Source of the DNA: Hypanus sabinus
Taxonomy: Eukaryota
Assembly (NCBI RefSeq): GCF_030144855.1
Contig: NC_082729.1
Span: 33,790,001-33,854,000, forward strand
Reading direction: 5' to 3'
DNA: 64,000 nt
The position numbers and the translations under genes were made by a program. Below the pieces are notes generated by a model. The model ran no database searches and had not been told where the DNA came from. It was given only the letters and a program-made list of their open reading frames with translations. Below are positions 39,175-53,170 of the stretch, piece by piece. Positions within the stretch are counted from its first letter, which is position 1; each line of letters starts with the position of its first letter.

Positions 39175-39366
39175 GGGAGTCACGCTTGGTGGCACAATAA
39201 TATTGGCGCCGGACTCCAGAGCGAAGGTTCCTGAGTTCGAATCCAAGTCGGGTTGAGCGTCGAGCTAGCAACTCGGCCTCGTAAAATAAGAATAGCTTGC
39301 AACGGAAACACCGTCATGATGGTGCCCCGATAACTCCACTGCCAAGTTAAAGGCTATTCTTCTTCT
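39175..39366 (+). mobile_element. tRNA-Trp-like SINE with 6-bp TSD
   Basis: TSD AATTAC (39169-74, 39367-72); gtggcacaat A box, gactCCAga anticodon-like loop, GAGTTCGAATCC B box, (ttc)n tail. Confidence 0.75.
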
Positions 39367-40420
39367 AATTACAGGACCATTGAACCTACAAACCGGTACT
39401 TCTTTGGACAGCGGGAGCACCAGGAAGAAACCCACACACTTACAGCGGACTCCAGAATTAAACTCCTACGATTGCTGAATTCACTCCCACAAGGGCAGAG
39501 GGAGCAGCAGGTTTAAACACGTCCCACCATTCCCCGTGGCTGTGGCCACTTTATCACAATCTCCTGCTCTTCACCACCAGTTTCCTACCACCCTCATTTC
39601 CTCCATCTCCAAGCATTTCTCTTTCACCGCCTTAAATATACCCAATAATGCGACCACTGCCCTTGGCAGGGCCAGAAAATTCCAGAGAAATCCGACTTCA
39701 GAATCCAGTTTATTATCACTGACATGCACACATTGACCACTTCACTAATTTCACTTGCCTATCTCCTCACCTGCCTGTCCCCTCCCTCTGGTGCCCCTCC
39801 TCCTCCCCTTTCTCCCATGTTCCACTCTCCTCTCCTACCAGATTCCTCCTCCTTCAACCCTTACCCTCTTCCACCTCTCACCTCTCAGCTTCTTACGTCA
39901 CCCCCCTCCCTCTCCCCCTCACCTGGTCTCACCCATCACCTGCCAGCTCGTACTCCTTGCCCTCCCCTCCTGATGAAGGGTGTCGGCCCAAACTAGCAGC
40001 CCTTTATTCCTTTTCGTATATGCTGCCTGACCTGCTGAGTTCCTCCAGCGTTTTGTGTGGGTTACTCTGGATCTCTGCAGAATCTCTTGTGTCTGTGAAA
40101 CACGTTGCTTGCATCAACGACCATCGCACGCCAAACGACGTGCTAAGGGCCGCCCACAAGGCACCAACACAGAGTAACCTAAAACTAACTAACCCTAACC
40201 CGTACGTCTTTGGAATGTGGGCGGAAACCAGCGGGTGACTTGCGGTCACGGAGAAAACGCACAAACTCCTTGCCGACGATGGTAGGAGTTGAACCACGAA
40301 TCAAGATTCAGGATTGTTTGTCTTTCCCTGTACGCAAGTGTAAAGGAGAATGAAATGGTTGTTATTCTAGATCCAATACAGCGCAAAAAAGCACAATAAT
40401 TAAAAAACACGATATGTATA

Positions 40421-41019
40421 TGTGATGCCCTGGTTCATATTTTTACTGTTGTGCTGTATGTACTTCATTTTGGCAGTTCTGTGAGAGCTCCTTGTTTTCA
40501 GCTTACGTTTGGGTCTTTGTGCAAGATCAGAGATGAAGAGAAATGTGGGCCATCCAGTTAGAATGGTTGGATGTAAGGGGGGGGGGGGGTTCTCTGATGA
40601 GGGACACTAAGATTGAGGTTTTTGGCTGGAGAGGGGTGAAGAAGGAAGACGCCAGAGAGGAGAGGTTGCAGGATTCAACCTGGAGTGGGGACAGTGATTC
40701 GACGAAGCCCGGGGTGAGATCGATTGAGGATTGATCACTTGGGGAAACTGTGAGCTCCAACTTGTGCACAGTAGGCTGCTCCATTAAAATGGGCCCTTTT
40801 TTGCTTGTTCTTTTCTTTACTAACCCTTTATTCAAATTAAGAATTATAAAGATAAATCTTATTATTATAGGTGGTGTATTGTCTGTTATTTCGTGGCACT
40901 AATTTGTAACAGGGTAGCAAATTACACACAGGGGGTTTGGGGTGGGCTCACAGTTCAATCTCACAAGTTTGTCGGGGCTAGAGATTGTCTTCCCTAGCCG
41001 AGGAAACCAGGGTGTTTCA
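40421..41019 (+). mobile_element. Probable solo LTR related to the 8-9.8 kb LTR family
   Basis: TG...CA ends with short inverted termini (tgtgatgccctggtt / aaccagggtgtttca); shares gagctccaac..tgtgcac and ggtgta.tgtctgt motifs; TSD not clean. Confidence 0.55.
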
Positions 41020-42029
41020 TTCAAGTACATAAGGTAACTTGTTATCAGATTGAGTGGCACTAAGCACAGGAGTGTCTGTACATAAGGCGACTCTGACAGG
41101 AAATGATAAAGTAGTGGTGGTTGGAGGGGTGGGTTAGTAGTTGGAGGTGTTGATCAGGCTTAATGTTTTGGGGAAAGTTACTGCCTTTGAGTCGGGGGAC
41201 AGTAAAGTTTTGCGCTGCCTGCTTATGTTTCCATGCTGTCTGATTGGAGAGCACAGTCTCAGTTGAAAGAGTCATCTCTCTGATCATCTCTTGACCTTTT
41301 TTATGCCATGGACCAGTACCATGAAGCAAGGGGTTTGTGAACCCCAAGTTGGCAACCCCTGCTTTAAAGGGACTCCCCCTTCACTCATCTTCTATTCCCC
41401 ACTCTGACCTCTTCTCCTCACCTGTCTATCACCTCCCCCTGGTGTCTCTCCTCCTTCCCTCTCTCCCATGGTCCACTCTCCTCTCCTAACAGATTTCTTC
41501 CTCTCCAGCTGCCCTACCACCATCGAGCTATCAGAATCAGGTTTAGTATCACTGGCGTATGTTGTGACTCAGCTGCAGTACAACGCTCCTTCCCCTCCAC
41601 CCACCTTTTTTTTATTCTGGTGTCTTCCCCCTCCCTTTCCAGTCCTGAAGAAGGGTCTCGGCCTGAAACATCGACTGCTTGTTCATCTCCATAGGTGCTG
41701 CCTGGCCTGCTGAGTTCCTCAAACACTTTGTGTGTGTGTGTGTGTATGTCCCTTTATTGGCAAGGAGGTTTCTTAGAGTCACAGGGTACCGAGCTTCGGC
41801 AATAAACTTTACTTTGCACGCCATGCACGCAGATCATTTCATCACATCAGAACTTTTGAGGCCACGCAGAACAATAACAGAAAGCTGAAGAGCAAGATTG
41901 GAATTTGTTCATCGTCACGGGTTCTGAGGCACAGCGACAAACTTGTTTGCATACCATTCATACAGGTCAGATCATTACACAGTGCATTGAGGTAGAACTA
42001 GGTAAAACAATAATAGGTTCAATTTAACA

Positions 42030-42560
42030 TCAGGTCTCCTTATTTGAGGAAGGGTATACTGGCTTTGGAGGTGGTGCAGAGGAGGTTCGCCAGGTTGATT
42101 CCAGAGGTGAGGGGGTTAGACTATGAGAAGAGGTTGAGTCGCCTAGGACTGCACTCGCTGGGATTCAGAAGAGTGAGAGGGGATCTTATAGAAACACATA
42201 AAATTATGAAAGGGACAGAAAAGATAGAGACAGGAAAGTTGTTTCCACTGGTAGGTGAGACGAGAACTAGGGGACGTAGTCTCAAGGTTCGGGGGAGTAA
42301 ATTTAGGACGGAGATGATGAGGAACAGCTTTTCCCAGATGGTGGTGAATCTGTGGAATTCTCTGCCCAACGAATCAGTGGAGGCTACTTCAGTAAATATA
42401 TTTTAAGACAAGGTTGGACAGAGGTTTGCACAGTAGGGTTATGGGGAGAAGGCAGGTAGCTGGAGATGAGTCCACGGTCAAGTGATGTTATTGGATGGTG
42501 GAGTAGGCTTCGACGGGCCAGATGGCCGACTCCTGCTCCTTGTTTCTCGTGTTCTTATCG
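42030..42560 (+). mobile_element. CR1 LINE 3' fragment (one of many, e.g. ~4620-4870, 13620-14150, 19590-20085, 28520-28880, 37320-37720, 51380-52140, 53700-54130, 57575-57850)
   Basis: LEVVQRRFARLIP...RGDLIETHKIMKG...TRTRG..FSQMVVNLWNSLP followed by the CR1 3'UTR. Confidence 0.88.
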
Positions 42561-45394
42561 CAAACACTCCCTCTCCATCGAGGTCACTCCTGCAACAACG
42601 AGAACAGAGACCAGCAACTTGCAGAATAAAGAGTTACAGTTACAGAGAAAGGGTGTGAGTAAGCAGTCCCGGGCGGAGACTCAGGATTCTTCATTGCTGT
42701 TTCTGTAACGATTTTGCTTTACCAGTCAGGGCATTTGGCCCTGAGCTGAACCCCCGAACCTGGAAGACCAGGTTCTGGCCTCTACCCTTTGACCTGTTTG
42801 GCATGGGTGACCCTAGCAGGAGCCAAAGCATAAAGCCCTGACTCCAGCCAACATAGCTCTCTGAGTCACTGAGGCACATGAGCCTCCAAACCCCGTGATA
42901 AGACTGTGCTCCTCTTGGAGAAGATAGACAACAAGACGAAGATGATAACGAGCTAGGTTGTGAGGTCGAGAGTCCATCTTCTCCTATTCAGGAGACTGAT
43001 AACACAGGGTTGAAGCTGTCCTTCTCTACTGGTACCTATTGTGTATTTAATATTTCAGTAATATTTGACAATCTTGTAAATGTTGATTAAGCCTTCACGT
43101 TCATTTAAATAATTCATTATGCATTATATGTTAATTGCGTGCATCATACGATGTAACTCACGACGTAAACTCGGAGTTAGACCCCCGTTTCAGACTCCCA
43201 GGTTGTCATTTAAATTAGTTAAATGTTTTGAAGTTACAAAATGTAACAGTGCATGCTTTCAGGCTTTTGTATCTCCTGCCCTGGGAGGTAAGGAGACGAG
43301 AGAATGTCCGGGGTGAGTAGGGGCTTTGATCCTGCTGGCTGCTTTACTGAGGCAGAGGGAAGTGTAGGCAGAGTCTGCGGAGGGGAGGCTGGTTTCCGTG
43401 GTGTGCTGAGCTGTGCCCACCACTCTCTGCGGTTTCTTCTGGTCGCGGGCGGAGCAGTTGTCGTACCGAGCCGTGATACATCCAGATAGGACGCTTTCTG
43501 CGGTGTGTCAATAAAAACTGGTGAGAGTTGATGGAAACTTGCCGGATTTCTTCACCACCCGTAGCAAGCGGAAGAGCTGGTGAGTTTTCGTGACCATGGG
43601 CGCCTTACCTGGTTGGTGATGTTCACTCTGAGGAACTTGAAGTTCTCAACCATCTGGACTTCAGCACCAGCAGGAGCATGATTTGGGCATCATCCCCCTT
43701 CCCAAAGCCAATGAACAGCTCTCTTGTTCTGTTGACATTGAGGGACAGATTGAAAAGTTCAAAACAGAGACCAGGAGGGACTTCTTCAGGCTGAAGGTGG
43801 TGAATGTTGCCAAGGACAGCTGTAGAGGCCAGGTCATTCGGTGTACTTAATGCAGGGGTTGATAGCTTCCTGATTAGAAAGGATATCGAAGGTTGTGGGG
43901 AGAGGGCAGGAGAATGGGGTTGAGAGGGATAATGCATCAGCCATGATGGAATGGCAGAGGAGCTTGATGAGCTGAATGGCCTAATCTGGTCCCATGTCTG
44001 GCAGTAATGCACCTTCGCTCCATTTGCCAAAAGTGGAATTGGTGGCCAACCATTTTGATTCCTATCCCTGTTCCTGTCCCAATGTGTCGGTCCCCTTTTG
44101 CCACGCTCAGGGCAAAGTAGCCCTGTACTCCATGTACGAACATCGACTTCTCCTTGTGGTAATTTTTTCCCCTACCATTTCCCTCTTCAATACTCCACTC
44201 TGGCCTCTTACCTCTTCTCCTCAGCTGCCTATTGCCTTCCCCTGGTGCCTCTCCTTCCCTTTCTCCCATGGTACACTCACGTTCTTGGTGGCTCTCTCCT
44301 AGGAAGTTGAAAATCTTATTTGCAGAGGGAAATGGACAGTTGATGCTTTGGGTCAAGAACCTTCGTCTGGACCGAAGGAATAGAGAGGAGATGGTCAGTA
44401 TAAAGGGGCAAGGGAGAGTGTGGCCCACCAGGTGATGGGTGGATCCAAATGAGGAGGAGGGATGGGAGGAGGTTGGGAGGTGAGAGGCGGAGGCAACAGA
44501 GGGCTGCAGGTGGTGGGATCTGATCAGAGAACAGGGAACCAAATAAGGGAGGAGGGGAACAGTGAGGGGAAGAGGGCCCAGTGTGATGGCCAAATGGGGA
44601 GGATAGAGGGGGGAAAGAAAAAGGGAAAAGGGGGCTGGTCTGGGTGCAGGAGAAACTGGTGAGACAAGGAGGTGAGAGTAATGAGACAGGTCCACAGCAC
44701 AGAAACAGGCCCTTTGGCCCAACTGGTCCATACTAACCAAGATGCCCAACTGAGCCAGTTCTAGTTGCCTACAATTGGCCCATATAGCTCAAAACCCTCT
44801 GATGGTGTTCATGTACCTGCCTCAGCCACTTCCCCTGGCAGCTCGTTCCACAGACAGACCGCCCTCTGGGTGAAGAAGTTCTCCCTCTGGTTCCTAGTAA
44901 ATCTCTCCCCTCTCACCTTAAACCTGTGCCCTCCAGTTCTTGTTTCCTCAACCCTGGGAAAAAGGCACCCTGTCTATAACCCTCTCAGTCTCCCAAAGTC
45001 CGGGGAATAAAGTCCCAACCTGCCCAATCTCTCTCGATAACTCAGTCCCTCGAGTCCTGGCAACATCCTCATAAATCTCTCTTTCCTACAGAAGGGTGAC
45101 CAAAACTGAACACAATATTCTGAAGTTTTGCCTCACCAATGTCCTGTACAACTGTTACCTAACCTCCCAACTCCTATGCTCAGAGTCCAGGACGATGAAA
45201 GCAGACATGCCAAATGCCTTCTTCAGCATCCTAACTACCTACGGTACCCTACAAAAGTCTTAGGCATATGTAAAATAATTCTGTAAGGTGAAGATGCTTT
45301 CAAAAATAATGAATTGGAAAGTTTCAAAATATTGAAAAAAATACAATAAAGGGCAGTCAAGAGTCGACATTCAAATCAAAATAATATTTAAAAA

Positions 45395-46560
45395 CAAGAG
45401 AAAATCTGCAGATGCTGGAAATCCAAGCAACACACACAAAATGTTGGGGAAGTCAGCAGGCCAGGCAGCGTCAGTGGAAAAGAGTACAGTCTACATCCCA
45501 AGCTGAGACCCTTTGGCAGGACTGGAGGGAAAAACTGAGGTGTAGATTTAAAAGCCAGGGGAGGGGAAAGAGACCTGAAGGTGAAACCTGAAATGGGAGG
45601 GGTGAAGTAAAGAGCTGGGGAGTTAATTGGTGAAAGAGATACAGGAGCTGGAAAAAGGGGATTCTGGTAGAAGAGGACAGAAGGTCACGGAAGAAAGAAA
45701 AGGGGGCCCAGAGGGAGGCGATGGGTGGGCAAGGAAGTAAGGTGAGAGAGGGAAAAGAGGATGGATTACCAGAAGTCCGATAAATCAATGTTCATGTCAT
45801 CAGGTTGGAGGCTACACAACCTGATGTTGTGTGGGGTGTTGTTTCTCCAACCTGAGTGTGGCCTCATCGCGACAGTAGAGAATTGACGTATTGGATTGGG
45901 AATGGGAAGTGGAATTAAAAGGGTGGCCACTGGGAGATTCCACTTGTTCTGGTGGATGGAGCATAGGTGCTTGGCGAAGCCATTTCCCATTCTACGTCGG
46001 GTTTTACCGATATAGAGGAGGTCACACTGGGAGCACCAGACACAGTGTGTGACCCGAACAGACTCACAGGTAAAGTCTGCTTGGGGCCCTGAATGGTGGT
46101 GAGGGAAGAGGTGCAGGGGCAGGTGTAGCACTTGTTCCGCTTGCAAGGGTAAGCACCAGGAGGGAGATCAGTGGGGAGGGACGAATGGACAAGGGAGTCG
46201 CATAGTGAGGAATCCCCGTGGAAAGCAGAAAGTGGAGGGAAAGATGTGCTTGGTGGTGGGATCCCGTTGCAGATGGCATTTTTCCTCTCTCACCTTATCT
46301 GCTCGCCCACCCATCACCTCTACAGGTGTTCCTCCCCCCCTTTTCTTTCTTCCATGGCCTTCTGTCCTCTTCTATCAGACTCCCCCTTCTCCAGCCGTGT
46401 ATCTCTTTCACCAATCAACTTCCCAGCTCTTTATTTCATCCCCCTCCCTTCAGGTTTCACCTCTCACCTTGTTTCAACCTGAAACATCGACTGTAATCTT
46501 CTGCATAGATTCTGCCTGGCCTGCTGAGTTCCTCCACTATTTTGTGTGTGTTGCCCAAAT
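45395..46560 (-). mobile_element. Penelope-like element fragment (GIY-YIG endonuclease + pLTR, with an inverted pLTR), nested in a Tc1 relic
   Basis: FTCES...HCVWCSQCDLLYIGKTRRRMG.GFAKHL...LPVAT (GIY-YIG); pLTR copies in opposite orientation at both ends. Confidence 0.85.
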
Positions 46561-47429
46561 CAATATTCGGTGGGACCGCCCATCAATCCTCTTAGGCACA
46601 CTGTCATTTAGTTTTATGCTAAAATCAGACGGCAGGCTGTTCCAAGCATCTCGGAAAACTTGCACAGTTCTTCGACAGATTTTGGCTGTCTCTCCAGGTA
46701 ATCCCAGACAGCCTCAATGAATGATGTTGAGATCAGGGCTCAGTGGAAGCAATACCATCTGCAACTGGATAAAAATCTCAGGTGCCTAAGACTTTTTGCA
46801 CATTTATGCATGCCACCAGGGAACCATGTACCTGTACCCCCTAGGCTCTACAACACTCCCCAGGATTCATTGTGAAAGTCTTGTCCTAGTTTGTGTTCCC
46901 CATGTGGAACACCTGTCACTAGCCTGAATTAAAGAGTAGGGGAGCAGGTTAGCAAAGTTGCAAATTTCCTGTGGACAACACACACAAAATGCTGGAGGAA
47001 CTCAGCAGGCCGGGCAGCATCTATGGAAAAGAGTACAGTCGGCGTTTCAGGCCGAGACCCTGCCGAAGTTCCTCCAGCATTTTGTGTGTGTTGCTTGGAC
47101 TTCCAGCATCTGCAGGTTTTTGCTTGTTTGTAATTTGATGTTGGTGTTGGGCTGCAGATGACCCGGGAGGGAGATGAGGTACTGTTCAGCCCCAAAGATT
47201 CAAAGTACATTTATTATCAATCTATATATGCAGTACACAGTCCTGAGATCTGTCCTCCCACAGAAAACCACAAAACAAAGAAAACTATGGAACCCGTTCA
47301 AAGAAAAACATCAAGCCCCTCCTATGCACAACCAAGAAAAGGCCAAATCATGCAAGCGGGGAAAAATTAGCATAAAGCACAGAGTATAAAACATCAAACC
47401 ACAAAGTCATCGAAACAGTCCAGGAATGT

Positions 47430-48010
47430 TCAGGAATCTCCCAGTGGCCACACATTTTAATTCCAAGTCCCATTCCCATTCTGATATGTCTATCCGTGGC
47501 CTCCTCTACTGTCAAGATGAAGCCACACTCAGGTTGGAGGAACAACACCTTGTATACCAGCTGGGTAGCCTCCAACCTGATGGCATGAATATTGACTTCT
47601 CTAGCTTCCGTTAATGCCCCTCCTCCCCTGCTTACCCCATCCCAGATATATCTAGTGTTTTTCCCCTCCTTTTTTTCTCTCTTTCTGCCCATCACTCTGC
47701 CTGTTCTCCATCTCCCTCTGGTGCTCCCCTCCCCCTTTCTTTCTCCCTAGGCCTCCCATCCCATGATCCTTTCCCTTCTCCAACTCGGTCTCCCTTTTGC
47801 CAATCACCTGTCCGGCTCTCAGCTTCACCCCACCCCCTCTGGTCTTCTCCTATCATTTCGCATTTTCCCCTCCCCCTCCTACTTGCAAATCTCTTACTAT
47901 CTCTCCTTTCAGTTAGTCCTGACGAAGGGTCTCGGCCTGAAACATCGACAGTGCTTCTCCCTGTAGATGCTGCCTGGCCTGCTGCGTTCCACCAGCATTT
48001 TGTGTGTGTT
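47430..48010 (+). mobile_element. Penelope-like 3' fragment with pLTR/hammerhead motif; similar copy at 59100-59492
   Basis: LPVATHFNS...EATLRLEEQHLVYQLGSLQPDGMNIDFS, then CTGACGA-agggtctcggcct-GAAACATC at 47919-47946. Confidence 0.85.
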
Positions 48011-50145
48011 CCAGGAATGTTCAGTTCAGTTCAATTTAGCGCAGTGTCGTTCGTTGACTGCAGGCTACGGAGACGGTCTGCCCTGATCAAAGTCGCACAA
48101 TATATAGTACTGATAAGAAAAGGAGCAACACAAGAGACACATACAACGTGAACCACAGAGTCTAATCTACAAACTGCACCAATTAAACCTTGCCCGAGAC
48201 CCAAACCTCTGGCAGCACCAAGCGAGAGGGAGAGAGGGACCACTGAGATACAGACTAGCCCTGCTCCAGGCCGGCCGAGATCCCCTGACCCATCTGCCTG
48301 AGCTTGACCTGTCTGCCTGTCTTCTCGCTCCTGGAGGTCCCACGCCGCCAGGTTCAGGAGCAGCTGCTGACCTGAAGCCATCAGGCAACACACACAAAAT
48401 GCTGCTGGAACACAGCAGGCCAGGCAGCATCTATAGGGAGAAGTGCTGTCGACGTTTCGGGGCGAGAACCGAAATGCTGTGTTCCACCAGCATTTTGTGT
48501 GTGTTGCTTGAATCTCCAGCATCTGCAGATCTCCTCGTGAAGCTGTCGGGCTCCTGGATTGGCTTCACTTGCCTCAACTCAACGAGACGTTTCTCCAAAC
48601 CAGGGTGTAAAGCACTGCAGCACACGGAACACACAATAACTTAGGAAAGTAAGGATAAGATCGACAAATGAATTATGACTAGATTAAATAGTGTAAGGTA
48701 CAGAACAGATTAACCAGTGACACTTCGAATACAGCAGGGAGTTCAGAAGCCTGACGGCCTATGGGAAGAAACTATTTCCCATCCTGACCATTCCTGTCTT
48801 TATTCATCAGAGTCTCCTGCCTGATGGTAGAAAGTCAAAGAGGACGGTGGATGGATGGGTGAGATCCTAAATAGTAAGAGTCCTGTGTAGACAGTGCTTC
48901 TGATAATTGTCCCTGATGGATGGTAGAGAGACCCCTATGATCCTCTCAGCCGTTCTCACGGTCCTTTGCAGGCTCAATGCTCTGCTCCTGTACCCGATGG
49001 AGATGCAGCTTGTCAGGATGCTGTCAATGGTGCTCCTGTAAAATACTGTCAAGCTGGTGGTGGGGGTGGGGGGGGCCTCTCTTGCCTCAATCTCCTCAGG
49101 AGGTGGAGGTGCTGCTGTGCCTTCTTGTTCGGGGAGGTGAGGAGGGACCAGGTGAGGCTATCAATGCTCAGTGTTAAACTGACTCCTCAGCCTGCGGACT
49201 CACTTCCAGAGACTCTGCTGCCTCGTGCTCTCGGCATTACTTGCTGACAATTCTTTTTTAAAAATTATTTGCGCTATTCGTCCTCTTTTGCACACTGGAT
49301 GTTTGTCGGTGTTAATGACGTGCAATTTTTCATGGATTCCATTATTTCTCTGTTTTCCTGTGTGCTGCTGAAAGGAAATTAATCTCAAGGTATACATACT
49401 TTGATAATAAATTTACTTTGAACTTTTGTTCCTCTACACATGAGAAAATCTGCAGATGCTGGAAATCCAGAGCCACACACACACACACACACAATGCTGG
49501 AAGAACTCAGCAGGTCAGGCAGCGTCTGTGGAAATGAATGAACAGTCGATGTTTCAGGCCGAGACCCTTCTTCAGGACTGAGAAGGAGGGGGGAAGACAC
49601 CAGAATAAAGAGGTGGGGAGGGAGGGGAAGGAGGCTAGCTGGAAGGTGATAGGTGGAGCCAGCTGGGAGTTAATCAGCCTTGGGAGAAGCAACTGAGTCT
49701 GGTGGTCCAGGCGTGGATGTTACACAGTGTCTTCCCTGATGGGAGTGGGACAGACAGTCCGTGAGCTGGGTGGGTGGAATCCTTAATGATATTGCTGGCA
49801 CTTCTTCCTGTACCTTTCTCTCTATATATTCTTGAGGGCAGATAGGCCGATGCCCGTGATTCATTGCTGAGGTCACACTTGGTGTACTGTGTGCAGACCA
49901 GCTCACCCTGCGACAGGAAGCATGTGGGGGCTTCGGAGATTCACCAGGATGCTGCCTGGGTTAGAGGATGTGAGCTACAGGGAGAGGTTGGACAAACTTG
50001 GGTTGTCTTCTCTGCAGTGATGGAGACTGAGGGGAGAGCTGATAAGAGTTTTATAAGATTATATGCATAGTCAAAGTCTTTTCCCCAGAGGTAGAAATGT
50101 CTACCAGTCAAGACGAGAGGGCAAGATTTTTACACAGAGAGTGAT

Positions 50146-51125
50146 GGGTTCCTCGAATTCACTGCCAGGGATGGTGGTGGAGGGAGGTGTTTAAGCAGGA
50201 ATAGAGAGATCTCACGAGTTGAGTATGATGTTCTCCCAAGAGGTTGTCTGTTGAGGAAACACGGTCCCAATGTTGGGTGAGTCCAGAACCAGAGGCCACA
50301 GTTTAAGAATAAGGGGTAGGCCATTTAGAACGGAGTTGAGGAGAAAGTTTTTCACCCAGAGAGTTGTGGATCTATGGAATGCTCTGCCTCAGAAGGTAGT
50401 GGAGGCCAATTCTCTGGATGCTCTCAAGAAAGAGTTAGATAGAGCTCTTAAAGATACCTGAGTCGAGGGAAATGGGGAGAAGGCAGGAACGGGGTGCTGA
50501 TGGTGGATGATGATCCCATCGAATGGCGGTGCTGGCTTGAAGGGCCAAATGGCCTAGTCCTGCACCTATTGTCTATTGAGTTGGTGGGTTCCTGGAATTC
50601 ACTGCCAGGGATGGTGGTGGAGGGAGGTGTTTAAGCAGGAATAGAGAGATCTCACGAGTTGAGTATGATGTTCTCCCAAGAGGTTGTCTGTTGAGGAAAC
50701 ATGGTCCCAAAGTTGGGTGAGTCCAGAACCAGAGGCCACAGTTTAAGAATAAGGGGTAGGCCATTTAGAACGGAGTTGAGGAGAAAGTTTTTCACCCAGA
50801 GAGTTGTGGATCTATGGAATGCTCTGCCTCAGAAGGTAGTGGAGGCCAATTCTCTGGATGCTCTCAAGAAAGAGTTAGATAGAGCTCTTAAAGATACCTG
50901 AGTCGAGGGAAATGGGGAGAAGGCAGGAACGGGGTGCTGATGGTGGATGATGATCCCATCGAATGGCGGTGCTGGCTTGAAGGGCCGAATGGCCTAGTCC
51001 TGCACCTATTGTCTATTGAGTTGGTGGGTTCCTGGAATTCACTGCAAGAGGTGGTGGTGGAGAGAGGTGTTTAAGCAGGAGATCTCTCGAGTTGAGTATG
51101 ATGTTCTCCCAAGAGGTCGTCTATT
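50146..51125 (+). repeat. Near-identical tandem duplication, period 440 bp (2 copies plus a partial third)
   Basis: Identical ORF ends offset by exactly 440 (50324/50764; 50461/50901); the unit contains a CR1 3' end. Confidence 0.92.
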
Positions 51126-52569
51126 GATTAGTCCTCAGGTGGATGTGGAGCCCAATTTGGGATCCACAGATCCTGGTGCAGTGTGGAGAAGCGTGCGCGC
51201 AGTACTGTGCAAAAGTCTTAGGCACATAAACATATCTAGGGTGCCTAAGACTTTTGCACAGCATTGTAGTAGCTTTATGTATTGCACTGTACTGTTGCCA
51301 TATAAAAAACAAATTTAATGACACATGCGAATGATGATAAACCTAATGCGGGTCATGAGTGAACTGCATGGCAATGAACTTTGGTACAAGAAATTAAAGT
51401 GTAGACTATTTCCTAAATGAAGAAAAAATTCAATAATCTGAAGTTCAAAAGGATTTGGGAGTCTGTGTGCAGGATTCCCTAAAGGTTAATTTGCAGGTTG
51501 AGTCAGTGGTGAGGAAGGCAAATGCAATGTTAACATTTGTTTTGAGAGAACTAGAATATAAAAACAAGGATGTAATGCTGAGGCTTTAAAAGGCACTGGT
51601 GATGCCACACTTGGAGTATTGTGAGCAGTTCTGGCCCCTTATCTAAGAAAGTATGTGCTGACATTGGAGAGGGTTCAGATGAGGCTCACCAACATGATTC
51701 TGGGATTGAGAAGCTTATCATGTGAGGAGCATTTGATGGCTCTGGGCCTGAACTCACTGGAATTCAGAACCTAATTGAAACCCCTTAAACATTGAAACGC
51801 CTTGAAAGAGGGGATATTTTCTGTGGTGGGAGAATCTAGGACCAGAGAGCACAGCCTCAGAATAGAGGGGTGTCCTTTTAGAGCGGAGATGAGGAGAAAC
51901 TTCTTTAGCCAGAGAGTGGTGAATCTATGAAACTTGTTGCTATAGGTGGCTGTGGAAGCCAAGTCTTTATGCATATTTAAGGCAGATGTTGATTGATTCT
52001 TAATTAGTCAGGGCTTGAAGGGTTACAGGGAGAAGGCAGGAGACTGGGGCTGAGAGGGAAATGGATCAGCCATGATGAAATGGCAGAGCAGACTCAATGG
52101 GCCGAATGTCCAGTTTCTGCTCCTGTGTCTTTTGGTCTTCTGAAGAGTGTGAAGGGGGCAGAAAGCTGGGAATCATGGTTGGGAAAAGGGGAAGGGAGAG
52201 GGGAGGGAGCAGGAAGCACCACAGAGAGACACACTGTAATGATCAATAAACCAATAGTTTGGAATCAAATGACCTTGCCCGGCATCTCAGGGCTGCACTC
52301 AGTCCACCCTCTGCCCCATCACTCCCTTCCACCTGTCCCACACCTCTCCCACGGCGCGTCACCCTCGCCATTCCCAACATCCTTTGCTCCCGCCGGAGTT
52401 GGAAACTCGCCGTCTGCTCCACGTTGACAAACAGAGCGCTGTGGTGGCCGTGGCTCGTGGTCGGGTCCTATGGTACCTCCCGTCGCAGACGCTGCCTGTT
52501 CTCTGCGGCACAGCGGAAGACACCCTCGTGTTGCGCAGATTTCCAGATCTGCAGAAATACCCAGTATCC

Positions 52570-53170
52570 ACTGCGTTCACCACCTTCCCAGTTTTTATCA
52601 GTATATTCTTTATTCTTTTTTTCTCTACAAGCAACAAAAAAATACAGCACATCCAGAAAAACCACGACCATAACAAAATCAAATTAAATATTGAGCAGCA
52701 AAAGGGAGAATAATATAAAGGCAAAAGTGAACCTACACAGCAGAGGGGCACCGTGCCAAAAACCTCAGTCCTCACCCTGTAAGAAAGTCCAATACAGGGC
52801 CCGATGTCCCCTCTGTCCTCATTACGTAGTCTCAGTCTCTCCAAATGTAAGGTACTTGCCAGTTCTCTCAGCCGCAGATCGTATGTAGGCACAGAGTCCA
52901 TTTTCCACATTTGCACGATTAACTTCCTAGTAATCACCATTCCAAACAATACAGCCATTTTTCCATAATTACTGGCTGAAGATAGGGAGCTTGTTGCTCC
53001 AAGGATGGCTATGAGCGGGTCCGGTTCCCACCACTTCCCTTAAGCCTCAGAGAAACAGTGAAAAATACTTCTCCAGTATGCGTAAAGCTTACAACGTGAC
53101 CAGAATGAATATGACAAGGTACTGTTGTCAGACTTACATCTACTACAAACTGGCAGAACATCAGGGTAGA
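52570..53170 (-). mobile_element. L1/Tx1-type LINE 3' fragment
   Basis: CSRCK..TLSYSFWSRCKL..YW zinc-knuckle region, AVLFG..RKLI..WK...LHLERL C-terminus and an A-rich tail. Confidence 0.75.

Noticed and set aside
39180-39255. Functional tRNA-Trp gene
   Set aside because: Acceptor and anticodon stems do not pair properly; it has a SINE body, tail and TSD
43937-44749. 270-aa ORF
   Set aside because: Runs across pLTR-like pyrimidine tracts and LINE/SINE fragments; not gene-like
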